Part shown: positions 19,909 to 29,107 of the stretch, in pieces
Position numbering within the stretch: the first letter of the stretch is position 1
Layout: each line of letters begins with the position of its first letter
Source: an uncultured Acidobacteriota bacterium
GTDB lineage: Bacteria; Acidobacteriota; Vicinamibacteria; Vicinamibacterales; UBA8438
Reading direction: 5' to 3'
NCBI GenBank assembly: GCA_913043225.1
Contig: CAJWLU010000028.1
Location: 1 to 39,560, forward strand
DNA: 39,560 nt
Made by a program: the position numbers and the translations under genes
Notes under the pieces: model-generated
What the model was told of the DNA's origin: nothing
The model's input: only the letters and a program-made list of their open reading frames with translations
Databases searched by the model: none

Positions 19909-21090
19909 CTAGGTGATTTCGAAGAGGCCGGCCGCGCCCATGCCGCCGCCAATGCACATCGTGACGACCACGTTGCGCGCGCCGCGGCGCTTTCCCTCGA
20001 TTAAGGCGTGGCCCACAAGCCGGGCCCCGCTCATCCCGTAGGGGTGACCCACCGAGATCGACCCGCCGTCCACGTTAAGCTTCTCCATCGGGATGCCCAG
20101 CCGGTCCCGGCAGTAGACGGTCTGGACGGCGAACGCCTCGTTGAGCTCCCATAGATCGATGTCGTCCATGGTCAGCCCGTGCCGCTCGAGCAGCTTCGGC
20201 ACCGCGAACACCGGTCCGATGCCCATCTCGTCCGGCTCGCACCCGGCCACCACCATGCCGCGGTAGATGCCGAGCGGCTCGATGCCCCGTTGTGACGCCA
20301 GGGTGCCATCCATTACGACGCACGCCGAGGCGCCGTCCGACAGCTGGCTCGCGTTGCCGGCGGTGATGCACTTGTCCTCTCCCATTACCGGTTTAAGCCC
20401 GGCCAGGCCTTCGAGGGTGGTGCCGGGACGGTTGCCTTCATCCTTGGTCAGCGTGACCTCTTCGTCCCAGGTCTCGCCGGTCTCCTTGTTGGCGGCGACC
20501 TTCACCGTGGTCAGCGGTACGATTTCCTTGTCGAGCCGACCGGCGGCCTGCGCGTCGGCCGTGCGCTGTTGGCTCACCAGTGCGTAGGCGTCCTGCGTCT
20601 CCCGGTCGACGCCGTAGCGTTCGGCCACCACCTCGGCAGTGTCGATCATGCTCATCCACAGCTCGGGTTTGTTCTGCATCAGCCACTCTTCGGTGAAGTG
20701 CTCCTGGTTCAGGTTGTTCTGCACCAGGCTGATCGACTCCACCCCGCCGGCTACCATCACCGGTACCTTGTCGGTCAGCACGCGCTGGGCCGCCACGCTG
20801 ATCGCCTGCATGCCCGAGCTGCAGAACCGATTGATGGTCGTGCCCGAGGTCGTCACCGGGAGCCCGGCGCGGATCGCCGAGAGCCTCGCCACGTTGTGCC
20901 CGGTCGCCCCTTCGGGCAGACCGCAGCCGATGACGACGTCCTCGACCTCTTCGGGCTCGACTCCGGCGCGGGAGACGGCGTGCGAAATGGCGTGCGCGGT
21001 CAGTTCTGCGCCATGAGTCTTGTTGAAGGCGCCACGGAAGGCCTTCCCAATCGGGGTGCGGGCGGTCGATACGATGACGGCGTCAGACAT
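19909..21090 (-). CDS. Acetyl-CoA C-acyltransferase (thiolase)
   Basis: [38 protein letters not shown]. Confidence 0.95.
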   Translation of the reverse strand: MSDAVIVSTARTPIGKAFRGAFNKTHGAELTAHAISHAVSRAGVEPEEVEDVVIGCGLPEGATGHNVARLSAIRAGLPVTTSGTTINRFCSSGMQAISVAAQRVLTDKVPVMVAGGVESISLVQNNLNQEHFTEEWLMQNKPELWMSMIDTAEVVAERYGVDRETQDAYALVSQQRTADAQAAGRLDKEIVPLTTVKVAANKETGETWDEEVTLTKDEGNRPGTTLEGLAGLKPVMGEDKCITAGNASQLSDGASACVVMDGTLASQRGIEPLGIYRGMVVAGCEPDEMGIGPVFAVPKLLERHGLTMDDIDLWELNEAFAVQTVYCRDRLGIPMEKLNVDGGSISVGHPYGMSGARLVGHALIEGKRRGARNVVVTMCIGGGMGAAGLFEIT

Positions 21091-21104
21091 GAGGGTTCCT
21101 CGAA

Positions 21105-22331
21105 TTAGTTCCCGGCCTTCGGTGCCGGGTCGTGTTTCTTGATCTCCAGCCGTGCGACCGCCCGACGGTGGACCTCGTCGGGACCGTCTGCCAGACGGAG
21201 GGTCCGGGCATGCGCCCACGCGGCCGACAGGCCGAAGTCGTCGCAGATGCCGGCGCCGCCGTGCACCTGGATGGCGCGATCGATAACGTCGAGTGCCATG
21301 TTGGGGGCCACCACCTTGATCATGGCGATCTCGGCGCGGGCCACCTTGTTGCCCACCGTATCCATCATGTGCGCCGCCTTTAAGGTCAACAGACGCGCCT
21401 GTTCGATCTGGATACGGGAGTTCGCGATTTGTTCCATGACCACGCCCTGCTCGGCCAATGGTCGTCCGAAGGCTACGCGGGAACGAGACCGGACGCACAT
21501 GGCCTCGAGCGAGCGCTCGGCCACACCTATGAGCCGCATGCAGTGGTGGATGCGGCCTGGACCCAGCCGCCCCTGCGCGATTTCGAAGCCCCGGCCTTCA
21601 CCCAGCAGGATGTTGGTCTTCGGCACCCGCACGTTCTCGAAAGTTACTTCGAGATGGCCATGCGGGGCATGGTCGTAGCCAAACACGGTCAGCGGACGAA
21701 CCAGCGTGACTCCGGGTGAGTCGGCCGGCACCAGCACCATCGACTGCTGCTGGTGCTTCGCCGCCGTGGGATCGGTCTTCCCCATCAGGATGAACAGCTT
21801 GCAGCGAGCGTCTCCCGCGCCGGATGTCCACCATTTGCGCGCGTTGATGACGTAGTCGTCGCCGTCGGCCTCGATCCGGGCCTCGATGTTGCTGGCGTCC
21901 GACGACGCCACCTCCGGTTCGGTCATGGCGTAGGCCGAGCGGATGGTGCCGTCGAGCAACGGCGGTAGCCACTCGGCTTTCTGCGCAGCGCTCGCATACC
22001 GCACGAGCGTTTCCATGTTCCCGGTGTCCGGCGCCGAGCAGTTGCACGCTTCGGGGCCGATCGGCGAGCGGCCTAGGATCTCGCACAGCGGGGCGTACTC
22101 GACGTTGCTCAGCCCGGCGCCGAGGTCGCTGTCGGGGAGGAAGAGGTTCCACAGACCGGCGTTCCGCGCCGCTTGCTTGAGCTCCTCCATGATGGGCGGT
22201 GACACCCACCGGTTCTCTGACCTGGAGACCTGTTCGGCGTAGACGGCTTCGTTGGGGTAAATGACCTTGTCCATAAAGGTCAGGAGTCGCTCGCGAAGCG
22301 CGTGGGTGCGGTCGGAATAGGCGAAGTTCAT
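21105..22331 (-). CDS. Acyl-CoA dehydrogenase, ACAD10/11 (LvaC)-type
   Basis: [55 protein letters not shown]. Confidence 0.93.
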   Translation of the reverse strand: MNFAYSDRTHALRERLLTFMDKVIYPNEAVYAEQVSRSENRWVSPPIMEELKQAARNAGLWNLFLPDSDLGAGLSNVEYAPLCEILGRSPIGPEACNCSAPDTGNMETLVRYASAAQKAEWLPPLLDGTIRSAYAMTEPEVASSDASNIEARIEADGDDYVINARKWWTSGAGDARCKLFILMGKTDPTAAKHQQQSMVLVPADSPGVTLVRPLTVFGYDHAPHGHLEVTFENVRVPKTNILLGEGRGFEIAQGRLGPGRIHHCMRLIGVAERSLEAMCVRSRSRVAFGRPLAEQGVVMEQIANSRIQIEQARLLTLKAAHMMDTVGNKVARAEIAMIKVVAPNMALDVIDRAIQVHGGAGICDDFGLSAAWAHARTLRLADGPDEVHRRAVARLEIKKHDPAPKAGN

Positions 22332-22746
22332 GTTGGTATCCGGTTGGGGCGGGCCGGTCACGCGTCGGACGGCCCACAGTATAGTCCGCCTGTTCTGAGA
22401 GCTTTACCGGAGGTTAAGCGCCCCACAGTAGACCATTCTGCGTGTGGACCAGATGAAGAGAGGCATGGAGACCGACCGGCACCGTGTACCGTTATTGCCG
22501 GCGCACTCCCTGTCAGCGTGCTGCTGGGCCACGATATCTTTGTCTGGGGGTTGAGAAAGGCGGAGAGCTAGGAGTTCATGCTGATGCCCTGGGCGCTTGC
22601 CGACCGGATCCGGCTAGCCCTGTCTGAGGGACTGCCACTGTCGCAGTCGCTCCTGGAAATCTCTGGACTTTCCCGGGAGATCCGCCATACTGACGAGTGG
22701 CGGCGAGGAATCTAGGAGCGGTGCGCATTGGCGCCCGTGGGGGAGA

Positions 22747-24000
22747 ATGAACATGCGACTTTCTAGTGTGGTTCTGGCCGGCGGCGCGGTACTGGTGCTG
22801 GCAGGAGCCGCGGCGGCTGTGGCGGCCGAAGGGACGCCGACCTTTGCCAAGGACGTAGCGCCGATCCTGTACGAGAACTGTGTGTCATGCCATCGGCCGA
22901 ACCATCTGGCGCCGATGTCGCTCATTACCTACGATGACACCCGCCCCTGGGCGCGCGCGGTGAGAAGCAAGGTCGAGTCGCGTGAGATGCCTCCTTGGGG
23001 CGCTGACACGAGCGTGCGGACCTACAAGAACGACTCGAGCCTGACCGACGAAGAAATCAAGACAATCGCCGCCTGGGTTGACGCTGGTTCACCACGAGGC
23101 AACGACGCAGACCTGCCCGAAGTGCCGCAGTTTACTGAAGGCTGGTCGATCGGTGAGCCGGACCTGATCTTCACGATGCTGGAACCGTTCAAGGTGCCGG
23201 CCGACGGGACCGTGCCGTACTCCTACGTCACCGTGCCGACCAATCTTCCGGCCGATACTTGGATCTCGGCCCACGAGTATCGTCCGGGAGACAAGCGCGT
23301 CGTGCACCACGTCATTTCCCAGGTGCTCGAGGACGACGGCATGCCGGCCACTGGAGAGGTGAAGCTAGAGCGGGATCGCACCCGCAGCCGGGCGCGCGGT
23401 TCGCGCGTGGGCGGCTATGTGCCGAATCGCCTCGGAGACGTCTATGAGGACGGCGTAGCCGTGCGGCTACCGAAGGGCGCCGACATCGAAGCGCAGATGC
23501 ACTACACCACGATCGGCGAAGAGGCCTGGGACCAGAGCAGCTGGGGGGTCGTTGTGACCCGCGAGCCCGATTCCAGCATTCGCCGGGCCGGAGGCGGGCA
23601 GGTGGCCAACCTGGGCTTCCGGATTGAGCCGAACAACCCGGCCTATGAGGTGACGGCCAGCCGGAAGATCGACGAGGACACCTATCTGTCGACGATGATG
23701 CCGCATATGCACGTGCGCGGGAAGTCGGCGAAGTATGTGATCGTCTACCCCGACGGCACCGAAGAGGTGGCGCTGTGGGTGCCGAACTATGATTTCAACT
23801 GGCAGCTGAATTACGAGCTAGAGGAGCCGATTTTCATGCCGGCCGGTTCGCAGCTGAAGACCATCTTCACCTACGATAACTCGACCAACAATCGATTCAA
23901 TCCGGACCCCTCGTCCGAGGTGCGTTGGGGCGACCAGACGTGGGAAGAGATGATGCTTGGCTACTTTGGCACCGTCGAAGCGCCAGCTGACGACAACTAG
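22747..24000 (+). CDS. Secreted c-type cytochrome fused to a copper type II ascorbate-dependent monooxygenase-like domain
   Basis: Signal peptide; CVSCH heme motif with MPPW; VVHH, MHY, PHMHVRGK, YDFNWQ, WGDQTWEEMM. Confidence 0.85.
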   Translation: MNMRLSSVVLAGGAVLVLAGAAAAVAAEGTPTFAKDVAPILYENCVSCHRPNHLAPMSLITYDDTRPWARAVRSKVESREMPPWGADTSVRTYKNDSSLTDEEIKTIAAWVDAGSPRGNDADLPEVPQFTEGWSIGEPDLIFTMLEPFKVPADGTVPYSYVTVPTNLPADTWISAHEYRPGDKRVVHHVISQVLEDDGMPATGEVKLERDRTRSRARGSRVGGYVPNRLGDVYEDGVAVRLPKGADIEAQMHYTTIGEEAWDQSSWGVVVTREPDSSIRRAGGGQVANLGFRIEPNNPAYEVTASRKIDEDTYLSTMMPHMHVRGKSAKYVIVYPDGTEEVALWVPNYDFNWQLNYELEEPIFMPAGSQLKTIFTYDNSTNNRFNPDPSSEVRWGDQTWEEMMLGYFGTVEAPADDN

Positions 24001-24036
24001 GCGCGCGACACCGTTCGGATGCCAAACTCTGGCATC

Positions 24037-24074
24037 AAAGGCCGGGAGCCCACGGGCTTCCGGCCTTTTTCTTT
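24037..24074 (+). terminator. Rho-independent terminator
   Basis: AAAGGCCGGGAGCCC-AC-GGGCTTCCGGCCTTTTTCTTT directly downstream of the 22747-24000 gene. Confidence 0.85.
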
Positions 24075-24221
24075 GCGGACGTCAAAGACTTGGTTGGGCA
24101 GATCGTTGAGGTGGACTGGGTTCGGCCGCCTTACCCCGTTCTGCTGTAGTCTACAGACCGTGGTTTCGCCTCCGGATACCTTGGTGTTTCGACTTGAAGC
24201 TGGTCCCGGCGCCTGGCCCGC

Positions 24222-25754
24222 GTGGGGATAGGACGCCGAGACGTGCCCCCGTCGAACCCCGAAGCGCGCACGGACTGGCCGATCTTCATTACCGCGGTCA
24301 CAACCTTGCTTGCGATCGCCGGGCCGCTCATGGTCTGGCCCGAGGCAAGTGCCAGTCTGGTCGATCGGCTCTACGAGGTCCTGACCGGCCGGCTCGGCGT
24401 GGTGTACATCGTGGCGGGCTCGGTCGTGCTGATTTTCGTGCTCTGGCTCGCGCTGGGCCGCTACGGGATCGTGGTGTTGGGACAGCCTGGCGTGCCCCCG
24501 CGTTTCACGACTGCCAGCTGGGTGTCGATGGTGTTCTGTGCTGGGGTGGCCACCGGCATTCTCTATTGGGGCACCGTGGAGTGGGCGCACTACTACGTTG
24601 GCCCACCCTTCGGGGTGTCGCCGCGTTCGGATGAGGCGATCGCTTGGGCCGCCACCTACGGAATGTTCCACTGGGGGCCGACCGGATGGGCCTTCTACTG
24701 CTTGCCGACGCTGGCGATCGCACACGCCTACTACGTCTGTCGCCAGCCCCACATGCGCATCAGTAGCGCCTGCCACATGGTGCTGCGTGACGCCACCACC
24801 GGCCCGCTCGGACGGGTCACCGACACACTCTTCATCGTCGGCGTGCTGGGCGCGGCTGGGACCTCGCTCGGTTTCGGCACGCCCATGATCGCTGCCGGCC
24901 TGGGGCGGCTCGCTGGTCTGGAGCCGACCTTTGGTCTGCAGGCCGGCGTCGTGGCGCTTTGCGCCGTACTGTTTTCATTTAGCGTGTATGTCGGACTCGA
25001 GCGTGGGATCAGGCGCCTCAGTAACTTAAATGTGGTGGTCACCAAGACGCTGCTGCTCTTTGTCCTGCTGGCCGGGCCGACGCTGTTCATCCTGGAGATG
25101 TTTGCCAACAGCCTGGGTGTGCTCGTCTACGGCTTCCTGCGGATGAATACCTGGACCGACCCGCTGGGGAACTCGCGGTTCATCGAAGACTGGACGGTGT
25201 TCTACTGGGCCTGGTGGGTGGCGATCGGGCCGTTCATGGGTATTTTCGTGGCTCGGATCTCCGAGGGGCGGACCATTCGACAGGTGGTCCTGGGCATGTT
25301 GGGTTGGGGCAGTCTGGGCTGCGCTGTTTACTACGGCATCCTCGGGAACTATGCGCTGAACTTGCAGCTGACTGGCGTCCTCGATGTCACGAGTCTGGTG
25401 CTCGAGCAGGGTGAACCGGCAGCGATCACGGCCGTAATCGCGTCGCTACCGGCCGGCGAAATCGTGCTGGGTGTGTTCTTGCTGGCCAGCCTGGTGTTTC
25501 TGGCGACCACCTACGATTCGGCCGCTTACGCGCTGGCCTCAAGCGCGTCCACGGGGCTGGCCCAGGACGCCGAGCCGGAGCGGTGGCATCGGATGTTCTG
25601 GGCGTTCGCTTTGGCGCTCCTACCCCTGGTGCTGATGCGCCTCGGCGGGCTCGATCCGATGCGCACGGCGTCGCTGCTGGCCTCGGTTCCGTTACTCGCC
25701 GTCTTTGTGATGATGGCGGTGTCGCTGATGCGGGCGCTCGGTCGGTCGGCCTGA
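24222..25754 (+). CDS. BCCT (betaine/carnitine/choline) family transporter
   Basis: SWVSMVFCAG, FHWGPTGWAFY, GTSLGFG, WTVFYWAWW..GPFMGIFVARISEGRTIRQ, TTYDSA. Confidence 0.93.
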   Translation: MGIGRRDVPPSNPEARTDWPIFITAVTTLLAIAGPLMVWPEASASLVDRLYEVLTGRLGVVYIVAGSVVLIFVLWLALGRYGIVVLGQPGVPPRFTTASWVSMVFCAGVATGILYWGTVEWAHYYVGPPFGVSPRSDEAIAWAATYGMFHWGPTGWAFYCLPTLAIAHAYYVCRQPHMRISSACHMVLRDATTGPLGRVTDTLFIVGVLGAAGTSLGFGTPMIAAGLGRLAGLEPTFGLQAGVVALCAVLFSFSVYVGLERGIRRLSNLNVVVTKTLLLFVLLAGPTLFILEMFANSLGVLVYGFLRMNTWTDPLGNSRFIEDWTVFYWAWWVAIGPFMGIFVARISEGRTIRQVVLGMLGWGSLGCAVYYGILGNYALNLQLTGVLDVTSLVLEQGEPAAITAVIASLPAGEIVLGVFLLASLVFLATTYDSAAYALASSASTGLAQDAEPERWHRMFWAFALALLPLVLMRLGGLDPMRTASLLASVPLLAVFVMMAVSLMRALGRSA

Positions 25755-25762
25755 CCCTGTGA

Positions 25763-27214
25763 TCAGGACGTCACGCGGCCGAATACGAGTCCCTGAGCCG
25801 TACCGGCCGAGAGCGTGAAGCCGGTCACGGCCCCCCGCGCGTTCCGCCGGAACACGAACTCCACTTGGCGCGGTCCGGTCCAGGCCGGGAAGTCAACGCC
25901 CCGGAATCGGTCCTCACCCAAGGGCTCGAGCGCGAGCGGTGGCCATCGTTCGATCCGGACCTGGAGCGTGCCATTGGCCAGCGCCAGGTGATACCGCCCG
26001 TCTAGTTCCTCGCTGTAGAACACGCCGTCGTAGTCGCCGGACACCAGCGAGAGATCGACTACCGGCTCCCTCTCCTGGACGGGGCGCTCTCGGCGCGGGG
26101 CGGTTGGTGCCGCCAGGTCAAGGCGGTCGGCCAGGACCAGGTCGAGCACCCGATACGCGAACCACAGCGGGTTCAGGTCTTCCCGGTTACACAGCACGGC
26201 GACCGTGGTGTCTTCCTCCGGTACCCGAAGCAGGTGCGCCCGGAAGCCCCAGGTGCTTCCGCCATGGGACTGGGTGATCTCGCCACGGTACTCGCCGAGC
26301 ACGATGCCGCCGCCGTACTCCGTCCGGCTGCCATCGGCGAGTGTTCCAGGCGCCAGCATCTGCTCGGTGAATTCCGGTCCAGCCACACCGTCGGCAATGA
26401 ACGCTCGGCTCCAAACCAGCAAGTCCTCGACGGTGGTGTAGAGCTGCCCATCGCCCGCTGTGGCAAAAGGGAAATTGTGTACCATCCGGAAGCTGGCGGC
26501 GTTACCCCTGGCCGGGGCGTAGCCGGTAGCACGGTTGGGTACCACCTGCTCGGCATCCTCGTACAGGAAGCTCGCTGTCATCCCGAGCGGGTGGAAGATG
26601 CGCGTTTCGGCGAAGTGGTCGAACCGTTGGCCAGACACGCGCTCCACGATCGTTGCCGCGAGCATGTAGCCGGTGTTGCTGTACCGATAGCGTGATCCGG
26701 GCGGGTCGACCAGCGCGTGTTGCCGTGCGAGGAGTTCCACGATGTCTTGATGCTGGATGGGCGCGTAGAAGTCTCGCCCGCCCAGCGCCATCAGATTGAG
26801 GTAGTCGCGAACGCCGCTGGTGTGATGCAGCAGGTCGCGCACGCGAATCGGCGTTTCGTGCTCCGGCAGTTCCGGGAGATAGTCTCTGACGTCATCGTCA
26901 AGTGAGAGTGCCCCGTCTTGGGCGAGTAGGACCGTGCTGGCCGCGGTGAACTGTTTTGTGACGGAGCCGACATCGAAGACGGTCCGCGGCGTGATCGGGA
27001 TCCGATGATCGAGGTTGGCCAGCCCGTATCCGCGTGAGAGCTCCGTGGTCTCGTCGCGTGCGACGCCCAGCGCGCACCCTGGGCTATCCGCCGCGATCTC
27101 GGATGAAAATATCGTGTCGATCTGGTCAGACAACGCGGAAGAGGAGTATTCGCCGGCGCACGCGATGGTGCCGGTGGTCAGGATGAGCAGGAGTGCCACG
27201 TGCCTGGCCGTCAT
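25763..27214 (-). CDS. Serine hydrolase, beta-lactamase/D-aminopeptidase-like (probable lipoprotein)
   Basis: SVTK (SxxK), LLHHTSG, YSNTGY, HGGS; C-terminal YDGVFYSEELD beta domain. Confidence 0.9.
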   Translation of the reverse strand: MTARHVALLLILTTGTIACAGEYSSSALSDQIDTIFSSEIAADSPGCALGVARDETTELSRGYGLANLDHRIPITPRTVFDVGSVTKQFTAASTVLLAQDGALSLDDDVRDYLPELPEHETPIRVRDLLHHTSGVRDYLNLMALGGRDFYAPIQHQDIVELLARQHALVDPPGSRYRYSNTGYMLAATIVERVSGQRFDHFAETRIFHPLGMTASFLYEDAEQVVPNRATGYAPARGNAASFRMVHNFPFATAGDGQLYTTVEDLLVWSRAFIADGVAGPEFTEQMLAPGTLADGSRTEYGGGIVLGEYRGEITQSHGGSTWGFRAHLLRVPEEDTTVAVLCNREDLNPLWFAYRVLDLVLADRLDLAAPTAPRRERPVQEREPVVDLSLVSGDYDGVFYSEELDGRYHLALANGTLQVRIERWPPLALEPLGEDRFRGVDFPAWTGPRQVEFVFRRNARGAVTGFTLSAGTAQGLVFGRVTS

Positions 27215-27226
27215 CGCAGTTCCAGG

Positions 27227-28501
27227 TTACGGGCGGTCGGTCAGATAGGGGATGGTCTGTGGTCCTTCCGGTAGCACGCACAGACGCGCATTTGGGCCCG
27301 ATCGGGCGAGCGCCTCACGGGTCGCAGCGGCCACGTCGGCCACCGGGGTCAGGTGCGCGGAGCGGACTTGGTCGTCGGACAGCCCGTCGGTTCGCAGCAG
27401 TACATCGGCACGTTGCTGGATCTGCGCCTGTACCTGCACCTCCCACTGGTCGTGCCGGTTATGTCCGGGGGTGTTAATCATGTCCAGCAGGTCGGGCGCG
27501 TTGTTGCGCTGGGTGAGGATGTCGAGATACTCACCATGATTGGGGTAGCCGTCGGCGCACTCTGCCGCGCAGACGATGACGCCTTGGTCTTTTACCACCT
27601 GCGCCGCGGCCGACATCCCCTTGACTGCCTGATACAGGTTCTGGTCGAGAGGATAGCCGCTGTTAGTGGTGACCACCACGTCGAAAGGTTCGTCGCACGC
27701 CTGCATCGCTGTACGGCGGACCACTTCCCGCACGGTTCGATGTACTTGGAAGAGTTCGCCCGCAGCGACGTACGTGATCTGGCGGTCGCGGTTAATGGCC
27801 ACGTCGACGCTGAAGTCGACGCCCACCCGCGCCGCGATGCGCCGGATGCCGTCGTGGATGGGGTTGCCTTCGGTGATGCCCCAGCGCGCATTGGGATGCC
27901 GGATCATCTCGGCATCGTGTAGCCGCATGATGGTGGCGAAACCCGCTAGGCCCGGCGCCACCATCTTGGGACCGCCGCTGAATCCAGCGAAGAAGTGCGG
28001 CTCGACGAAACCGGTCGTGATCCGGACGTCGGCTTCCATCCAGGTGCGATTCAGCCACACGGGGATCCGGTCGTCGACTTCACCCTGTGACACGAGCTGC
28101 GACTGGTCGAAGGCGTCGTGGATGACGATGCGATTGTCGTCGACGATGCGCCCACCGAGCATCTCAACGAGTTCGTCTCGCGTGGTGGCCCGGTGGGTGC
28201 CGCTGGCCACCATGATGCTGATCTGGTCGGTAGGAACGTGCGACAGCGCCTCAAGCACCACCGGTAGGACCGTGGCGCTGGGCATCGGCCGAGTGACGTC
28301 GCAGATCGAGATGGCGACGGTCTGGTCTGGCCCGACGAGCTCGCGCAGCGGGGCCGTGCCCGTCGGGCGGGTGATGGCGTCCCGTACCGCGCTCGCCTCG
28401 TCGGGCAGCCCATCCACGTAGGTCGGTTCGATGATCGTGGTGCGGTCCTCGGGGAACTCGACGTCCAGCCCAGAGCGACCGTAAGCGAGCGTCACGCGCA
28501 T
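27227..28501 (-). CDS. larA: Nickel-pincer-dependent LarA-family racemase/epimerase
   Basis: MRVTLAYG start, DVTRPMP, ASGTHR, HDA, EPHFFAGFSGGPK, GYPLDQNLYQAVKG, AECADG, VLPEGP. Substrate not assignable from sequence. Confidence 0.9.
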   Translation of the reverse strand: MRVTLAYGRSGLDVEFPEDRTTIIEPTYVDGLPDEASAVRDAITRPTGTAPLRELVGPDQTVAISICDVTRPMPSATVLPVVLEALSHVPTDQISIMVASGTHRATTRDELVEMLGGRIVDDNRIVIHDAFDQSQLVSQGEVDDRIPVWLNRTWMEADVRITTGFVEPHFFAGFSGGPKMVAPGLAGFATIMRLHDAEMIRHPNARWGITEGNPIHDGIRRIAARVGVDFSVDVAINRDRQITYVAAGELFQVHRTVREVVRRTAMQACDEPFDVVVTTNSGYPLDQNLYQAVKGMSAAAQVVKDQGVIVCAAECADGYPNHGEYLDILTQRNNAPDLLDMINTPGHNRHDQWEVQVQAQIQQRADVLLRTDGLSDDQVRSAHLTPVADVAAATREALARSGPNARLCVLPEGPQTIPYLTDRP

Positions 28502-29034
28502 GTGAGTACCGTCTGGATCTGGGACACGACTTCGTCGGCACGCGTCCCGATCTGCTCGTCGGAGAGCGTACTCAGTGGGTGGGTGATGATCACCGGTTCG
28601 AGCGTGTCGGCGCCCAGTGCAGCGCGTTGGACGTGCGCCTCGCGTATGAACCCGCTGGTGATGATGGCCGCCACCGGAACTCCTCGTGTTTCGAGCCCGA
28701 CTGCGTCGTGCAAACTGCACGACGTGCAGGACCCTCAATCGCCTATGGCGCTGATGACGACATCGTTCTCTGCCGCCACCCGGTCGAGCAGGTCGTCAGG
28801 CGCAAGCCGTGAAAAGCTCTCCTTGGTGTAGCGGGTGAAGGTTGTCCCGGACGCGTCGCGTTCGACCCGGCTCATCACCGCTCGGAGCAGCTTCGACGCG
28901 TTCCATTTCGAGTTATCGAAGATGCCAATGCGGAGCGTGTCGAGCGAGCGAACCCGCGGCGCGAGCGAGACGGCGGCGGTGGTGACCGTTCCACGGGGAT
29001 CGAAGACGGGGGGAGACGGGAGATGATTGGTCAT
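28492..29034 (-). CDS. UGSC-family selenoprotein, copy 1 (180 aa; Sec at TGA 28735-28737)
   Basis: ORFs 28735-29034 and 28492-28713 are in frame and joined by TGA-GSCTSCS: ...VVISAIGD-U-GSCTSCSLHDAVGLETRGVP...IITHPL; SECIS-like hairpin at +11. Confidence 0.9.
28705..28723 (-). promoter_or_regulatory. Bacterial SECIS-like hairpin, copy 1
   Basis: mRNA: UGA-GGGUCCUGCAC-GUCGUGCA-GUU-UGCACGAC. Perfect 8-bp stem, GU in the apical loop, starting 11 nt after the UGA. Confidence 0.8.
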
Positions 29035-29107
29035 TGGGTTTGTTCTGTAGGCGACTCACGAAGTCTGAAGCTTGAACCCTCTGGGCCTCTGACGTCGACC
29101 GCTCCCC

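Noticed and set aside
27227..28738. 503-aa LarA with a long N-terminal extension
   Set aside because: The extension is an alternate frame over the selenoprotein gene; LarA-like sequence begins at MRVTLAYG (28501).
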